Below, in pieces: positions 57,271 to 63,916 of a stretch of DNA of 63,916 nt (the first letter of the stretch is position 1; each line of letters begins with the position of its first letter). Made by a program: the position numbers and the translations under genes. This DNA comes from Aplysia californica (Eukaryota): the NCBI RefSeq assembly GCF_000002075.1, contig NW_004797332.1, positions 298,335 through 362,250 of the forward strand, given 5' to 3'. The notes under the pieces are model-generated. The model saw only the letters and a program-made list of their open reading frames with translations, ran no database searches and was not told where the DNA came from.

Positions 57271-60200
57271 TTTGGATAGGGAAAAGGGGAAGCAGGAAGA
57301 AAATTATTTAATAATACTATTATAGATCTATGACTATTCCTTGGAAAATGTAGGGCCTACTTCTCTTCCCAATGCCACAATGTAAGCATTTCAGTATGTT
57401 TTCTAAAGAATATCCAAGATTGCCTTTCGAATCACATACTCAGATGCCTAAGGAAGGACTTCAAATGTAAGAAGAGAAAGGACCATGACAGCTTAATAAA
57501 ACAACTTTTTCCACACTTTGAGAAGACAAGCAATGAGCATGCTTGAATGAATCTACTGAACGCCAAAATGAATGTGATCAATTTACAGAGAACCAGTAAA
57601 TTTGTACATTTATTATCAATTCCTTATAAGACAAAAAATACAAAAATAAACATGAACATTTTTAAGGCCCTCGTTACCCTTCACCGTAAACTTGTATTTA
57701 TCTACATCAAAATCAACACCACAAAGTAACAATCCATTTATATGACATGCCCATGTGATTTATAGAATTTTTGTGACCATAAGAACATATTTATATACAA
57801 ATGACATTCTTCACTTAACAGGTTATTCAAACACAAATTCTTTTTAATCAACAAAATTTGGTGGCACTGGTACTGATAGCAAAGACAAAGCTTTGATAAC
57901 TTTTCAAAAGATAGCACAAACATATGAGAGGCATCGTGGTGAAATCAGGCGCTCGTCAAAATAACGAAATCGAAGAGGATTTCTAAAGAAAATAATTAAA
58001 GGCACAAAAAATGTAAATTTTTAGTTTCCGAGGACTCTCAAGCTACAGAAGTCACCAAACTTCGGGAGCTATTTTCTCGCCATTTTTACCTCAGAAACCA
58101 GGTGACCCCCACCTCCATCAAACACAAATATCTCAACTTCCATTCAAGATAGATGGGTAATTCATCAAAAGCAAGAAAAAAGAACAAGCTGTATGATGAT
58201 ACCAATAACTCCACATGCCCAAAAATTGACGAGCGCCTGATTCCATAGCGTCGTGACACATAATGTGTACATGGCTGCAGCAAGCAGCAACGAGCCTGGT
58301 GTCATGTGGATTATACACAATGCAAGTTATTATAAATTATACATACAAAAGCATTGAAAATAGAATTTGTCCACCTACTGAGCTTTTCCAAAGCAGACTC
58401 TTGCATTGTTTTGCAAGATTTGTTGTGTTTGCTTGGTCATGAAATATATACTGGTTTATATTATAATGTTTAGCACACACATAGAGAACAGATTTTCATT
58501 TTCTAAATTTTGTTTTATATATATAAAGGTATATTCTTCGTGCTCAAAACATGAACATAGCGAAATTTGTAAATAACGAAAAGATTTCTGTCCGCATCTC
58601 GATCACTTTGCTATGTGCATGATAGACTGTATACAATTACAAAGTATGAACAAAGTGGAGCAAGATATCCTAGCAACATTCACAGAAGTTTACATTGCTT
58701 CTGCCTGTCCAAATCACCACTCTTTTTTCTTTGGACAACCCTAAATTCAAAGTCTTCAAAATTGATACAAAACAAAACAAAAAAAAAAGCAAATGAAATT
58801 GGAAACTGAAAAGTACCCTGTGTCAATGCAACTGATTAGGACAGTGAGAACGACAAAAAATAACTGTTACTGAGCACAACTTCATTCATTGCCAGACAAT
58901 TTATCGTTTGTATACCATTGAACAAGTGACAAGTACGATCAATCCTTTTTTTTTAAACTGAGAAAAGAGGCGCATATCAACACAAAAAATGGCCCTGTAG
59001 TGCTGAAAAAGAGACAAGAAAAAAACAAAACAGAGAAGAAAAGAAGAAAGGTCTTTGCGTGGTTCACGCTCTAACCACCCGCTCAACTGATCCAATTCTA
59101 ACAGAACAAATACAAAAACAACAAAAGAAAAACCAAACCATAAATGAACAAGAAAAACTTCCAACCTATGTTTGCCAAACACATTTTTTCCTGTTAATGG
59201 TCAAATTTCTAGGTGAGATTCCCTGTTGTACGGGTTAAGTAGGTGAGCATGATGGGAATAGAGAGTTTTTGTCTACAAGGTGTGAATGTTTTCTACCAAT
59301 ACTAAAATTGTTACCATATATTTCTGTGATCAATTTTGTAAAGGAGTCAAACCTGCAGTGAGGAGTTCCGTCTAATTATTACTCCTTCATGAGGCAAAGA
59401 AAAAACTTGAAATCTTCCACTGTCCATCTATATCGATGATGACTCTGATTGAGATTTAAGCCTTAAAAGAACAAATGAGGGCCACAAGACCTGCTTTGGA
59501 TCAACAATATCTTCCACATTTTGAACAGTGGAAGTCTGATTATGATAGAAACTTTAAATACAGTTTACTGAACCACAGCAGGTGGCCCATTCTTTGTACA
59601 CAGCAAAAATAGCACACAATTAATGTAAGTACCATTTCTACAACAGTATGTTTGCAATGCAGCGACCTGGGATTGGATCTGTGGATAAACAGAAGTGGAG
59701 AAAAAGTTTTTATTTCATTAGTTCCTTGATCTACATGTCCACTATCACTGGGAGAACACTTGCAAAGGCATAGCTTTCTCTGCTGCATAGACACACTTCT
59801 ATTTCAAAGAAGACATAACTAAAGAGAAAGGTCACAGGAATCATTTCAACACTTACTGGGTATTTTTCTTTCCCCAATGTTCAACATTTATTTACAGTTA
59901 GGTCTTCATTACTAAACTATTTTTGACTTTAAAAAAAAAAAGGAAGCAATCAGCACTAGTGAATACAAATCGAGCAAATTAAAAACACCATTTATTCTGA
60001 AAAAACACAAACTTATATGAACTCATCACAGTCATACCAGCACAAGACAGCTAATAACCTTTTTACGTCACGCTGCTCAAATGGAGTCACACTCGGCACA
60101 AATGGTCACAACACATCGGCAAATGGGTTGTGTCGCTCACATGATAGTATCAAGCTCTTCTGTAACCCTTTATACATATAATTCAGGTGTAAACAAATCT

Positions 60201-60730
60201 TTCTACCTCTTCAAGAAGCAAATAGTAAAATGATGCATTAAATTGATCAATATCCATTTTCTGAGCGTTAATTCTGCCTCTGATCATCTTTTTTTCTTCT
60301 TTTCTCTCCAGAACAGCGTCTGTTAAACAGTCAAACATTACAGGTTTAATTTAATGGAATCCATGCTGCTGGAGATAAGGCTACTCAAGCAAAAAGAGAG
60401 GCATTGATCTGTTACTTGCTGTGCCTTAAAGTGTTAGCAATGTATGTCTGTCTTTTTCTTTCAGTCTCAAAGTATGCTTTCTAAGCTGCTGTCACTTATA
60501 TCTTATATAAGTTATTATAAGTGTCATACATATGTATTTCTTGTAACTTAAGCTACAGCTATAGTATAAGCAAGAATAATTCTTTACAGTGAATTCTTTC
60601 AAACTGTGTCTGCTGGAAATTTCTCCCACCCAATAATATGTATTAAGGAATTCAAAGCAAGAGAGAGTATGAGTATAATGTGAAAAGGAAACAGTAGCTA
60701 AATAAACCGTGTAACTAAAAAACATCTGCC

Positions 60731-63012
60731 AGCTGTTCAGGTGTACTAAGCCAAAAAATTTGGAATTTTTGTTCACTGTAGTTTCTTAGTCTGCAGTATC
60801 AGTTGCATAAGCTCCTGAAATAATTCGTCGAAATTCAAATTCTAATTTTTGAAAAAAAAAAGCAAGAAAACATACATAATTTGGGTAAAGTTTTTAAAAG
60901 AATGAAACAGTTTCTTCTCTATCTTGAAACAATTATGCTTTCAGGGCTTAGAACAGTTGAACAGCTTACCAACCAAAGTTTGACGACATATCATGAAAAA
61001 AAATGGGAGAGGAACTTGAGGGTGGTAAGGGAAAGGTGGAAGTGTATAATTCAGGGAAGTGACAGACTGGACATAGGGGATTATGAAAGATCCACAACGG
61101 ATCTTTGCAAAAATGTGATGCTGAGCAGTAACTGCTCATAAAACTACGGAATTAATTAACTGAGAGCACAGTCTCTCCTCCAAAGGCAGGTCTTTACCCC
61201 ATCAAAATACTTGAGCATAAGGGCAAAAGCTTCTAAACAAATCTTTTACTTCCACAGGTACACAGAGAAAACATATATTGTCAGCCAGCAGTTAAGATGT
61301 ACGAAGCCCAACATTAAAAATTTTTTGTGTGTTTTTTGTGTTTTTTTTTTGCAGTTTCTTAATCTGTGGTATAGATTGCTTGAGGCCAATTCATACATTT
61401 TGTTGAAAGTCAAATTATTAATGTTACAAAAAGGAAAAAAAATACATAGAATGGTTACAATTCTTTTGTTGTTTTTTTGTATTATCCAGCTTTTCCTCTC
61501 TCCTGAAAAATTTTGTTTTCTGGACTTACAACAGTTGATGAGCTTGCTGACAACATACTTCCCAAGGATTAATGCTAAAAGTTACAGAACAAACCTGTAT
61601 TTAAATTCTTTTCGGTCAGAGGAACAAGAGGACCTCAGTGACCTTCCTCCTCTTTGCTAATTCCTTGCTAAACTCAATTCATTCCAAACTCCCCTCACTC
61701 ACACCCACAGTTTCTGGTCTAAGGCCAAACTACTTAGGTCCTACAGATGACTCTTTTCTTATTGCCTTGGTTCTGTTTAAGTTTTAGTAAGAGTTTTATG
61801 GCACTTGCAACACAATAAGGTCATATAAGTGCCGAAGTTTAGAGGTGTTACAAGAGAGTAACAAACACACAAAAGTTGCCTTGGTTCAGTGACGGACATC
61901 CCTTTTCTCAAGAACTGTGATCATAAGTAAAACAAGCTAGACCTGCATTCTGCAAGTGACATAATGTTCTCTCAAATACAGGAGTGACACAGTGTTGAAA
62001 AAGGACATGGCTACGAAAATCAACATAACAATCAAGAGGGGGAAACAGAAATCTCCACCGATCAAACCGTAGAAATCACCACCAGGAGAAACAAAAAGGC
62101 ATCACTAGGTTAGAAAAATAATTTCATCAGAGTTCGTTTCAAGACAAATGCACATTACAACAGATATATAATATGTAACACGCTATATTATATAATATTA
62201 ACATGGATATGGCCACACTGACTTCAAACTATGATAACAGATGCATGAGGCATAAGCACACAGGGACAAATCTTTAGATTTTCCTCCGATGATCTGAAAG
62301 AGAGCTATGTAAAAGTAAAAGAGTTAGCTCAGAATAAACACTCTCTATTTGTAACAATACATACTGCTTTATCTTTCAAAATGAAACTGTAGCTTTACAG
62401 GATGACATATTCAAACCTTGGAACTGCTGAAAAAATATTTAAATCAAAATTTAATAAAATGCTGCAGATGCACATGGCCCCTACTAGCAAAGAAAATACT
62501 TCAATAATAGAGACGAAAGGATGATTTAAAAACCGAAAGACTTGGGATTTGGAATCCTTGCACCAGTACACATTTTGACACAAGAACATGCACTTTCTTC
62601 ATGCCTTTTGGGGGAGCAGGGTAATATAATATATATATAATATATATTCAGTTTCTAACAGACCGATGCCAAGGAAATCATTCTCAACAACGTGCACAAT
62701 ACTTGCATATATATATTCCCTACCTGAGGATGGAAATAGGAAACATTTTCTATATTTTAGCTGCTCCAAAAGCGCATCTAGGCACGCATTATAACACACA
62801 TATCATTGGTCACCTGTTCAGATGTACTAAGCCCAAAATTTGGAAATTCTTATTAAGTTTGAGAAATATTTTGTTGAAATTCAAATTCTAAAGGATGAAA
62901 CAATAAGACAAAATTACATAATTTAGGTACAATTAGTGAAAGAATGAAAGTTTGTTTTCTCTCTCCTAAAAAGTTTTGCTTTCTGGGCTTAGAGCAACAG
63001 TTTAACAGCTTG
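60731..63012. repeat. Three diverged copies of a ~200-270 bp MITE (60731-60970, 61285-61550, 62811-63012)
   Basis: Termini CTGTTCAG.TGTACTAAGCC / GGCTTAG..CAGTT.AACAGC; colinear interiors. Confidence 0.68.
61775..61875 (-). mobile_element. 5'-truncated family B retroposon, TSD TTGCCTTGGTTC
   Basis: Direct repeat at 61762-61773 and 61876-61887. Confidence 0.82.
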
Positions 63013-63916
63013 CCAACGAATATATAACTTGTTCTTTATATTATTTATACTATGACTAGTCCACCACCCCCCTAAGTTCTATAAAGCAATACTACCAGTA
63101 ATTAAAAATATAAGGTAAAAATATAAAACCTAAAAAAACCCAACAACATTCAAATTCTGGGAAAAACTATAAGCTTTATTATTCGTCCATCAGCAGAAAT
63201 TGAAAAAGAACAAACTCCTTACCTGTCTCCACATGAAGCAAAAATAAAAACACACCAGTGCTTTTCACATTCATTCACACCCTGATTTACTGGACTGAAT
63301 AGCTCTATACCCACTAACAAAAGCATCTGTTTTCATCAATGGATATAATATATGCAATGTATGTTTAGATGGCGAAAATATTTGTGCGAAAACAGACTGT
63401 TTTTTCATCCAGACAAAGATAGACAACCTGTTTTCATATTTTCTTAAAATTTAATAACAAAATGCCATTTAATCAAAGTCAAATGCTCGGAAGAGGCTGA
63501 AAAACTGAGATGGTTACTAGGGAAGCTTTTTCCTGAATGCTGTCAAAAATGTGAACCAGAAATATATCTATCCCAGAAATTTGATTGTTCAAAGAGTGAA
63601 CAGTTGTGGACAATGCTATACCTCAACACTACCAACTACTCAAAAGAATAGTAAATGTATAGTCTGAAACGTTTCTTGATTCAAGGTAAATTCAGACAAC
63701 ACATTAGATGTTGCAAGATCCAAAATATTACAAAAATACATGCGTAAAAGATATAAACATATACATAGGTATGTATTTACACATGCACGACAATCACATC
63801 CACAAATATTGTATCTCTTGTCATCACACAGTCACACTCACATCCTTTTTTCTCCCCATATTCAGTCATACCTTCATTCAACTAGCTCTCTCTTGGTCAC
63901 ATGCACAATAGTTCTC

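Noticed and set aside
63217-63240. Strong minus-strand donor CAG|GTAAGG
   Set aside because: No credible coding exon or downstream acceptor found.

Overview
Intron-rich, AT-rich animal genomic DNA with three 100-N gaps. The repeat content suggests a marine invertebrate, probably a mollusc (inference only). Two complete genes lie head-to-head, with start codons about 510 bp apart around a shared promoter. (1) Minus strand, 32633->11898: a 22-coding-exon, ~920-aa MBTD1/L3MBTL2/dSfmbt-type Polycomb reader (FCS zinc finger, 4 MBT repeats, C-terminal SAM). Its first coding exon is only ATG, it has a 16-nt microexon, its SAM domain is completed across a GC-AG intron, and it probably has a long 3'UTR running toward ~3 kb. 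(2) Plus strand, 33147->52324: a 9-coding-exon WBP4/FBP21 splicing factor (U1-type zinc finger and apparently only one WW domain) whose start codon is split AT|G by a 6.2-kb intron. The rest is transposon-derived: several tRNA-SINE families (Nin/Deu-domain, CORE-type, others), a ~190-bp headless retroposon and 44-60 bp 'tail-only' insertions sharing one 3' stem-loop, an I-group LINE 3' end, piggyBac-, hAT-, Tc1- and Kolobok-like MITEs, a foldback element and a perfect 48-bp minisatellite. The most unusual pattern is that every insertion I found carrying the shared stem-loop tail lies sense to the annotated or inferred local transcription unit and switches strand at gene boundaries. All exon structures were assembled by hand from splice signals, phase and remembered homology; no database searches were run.
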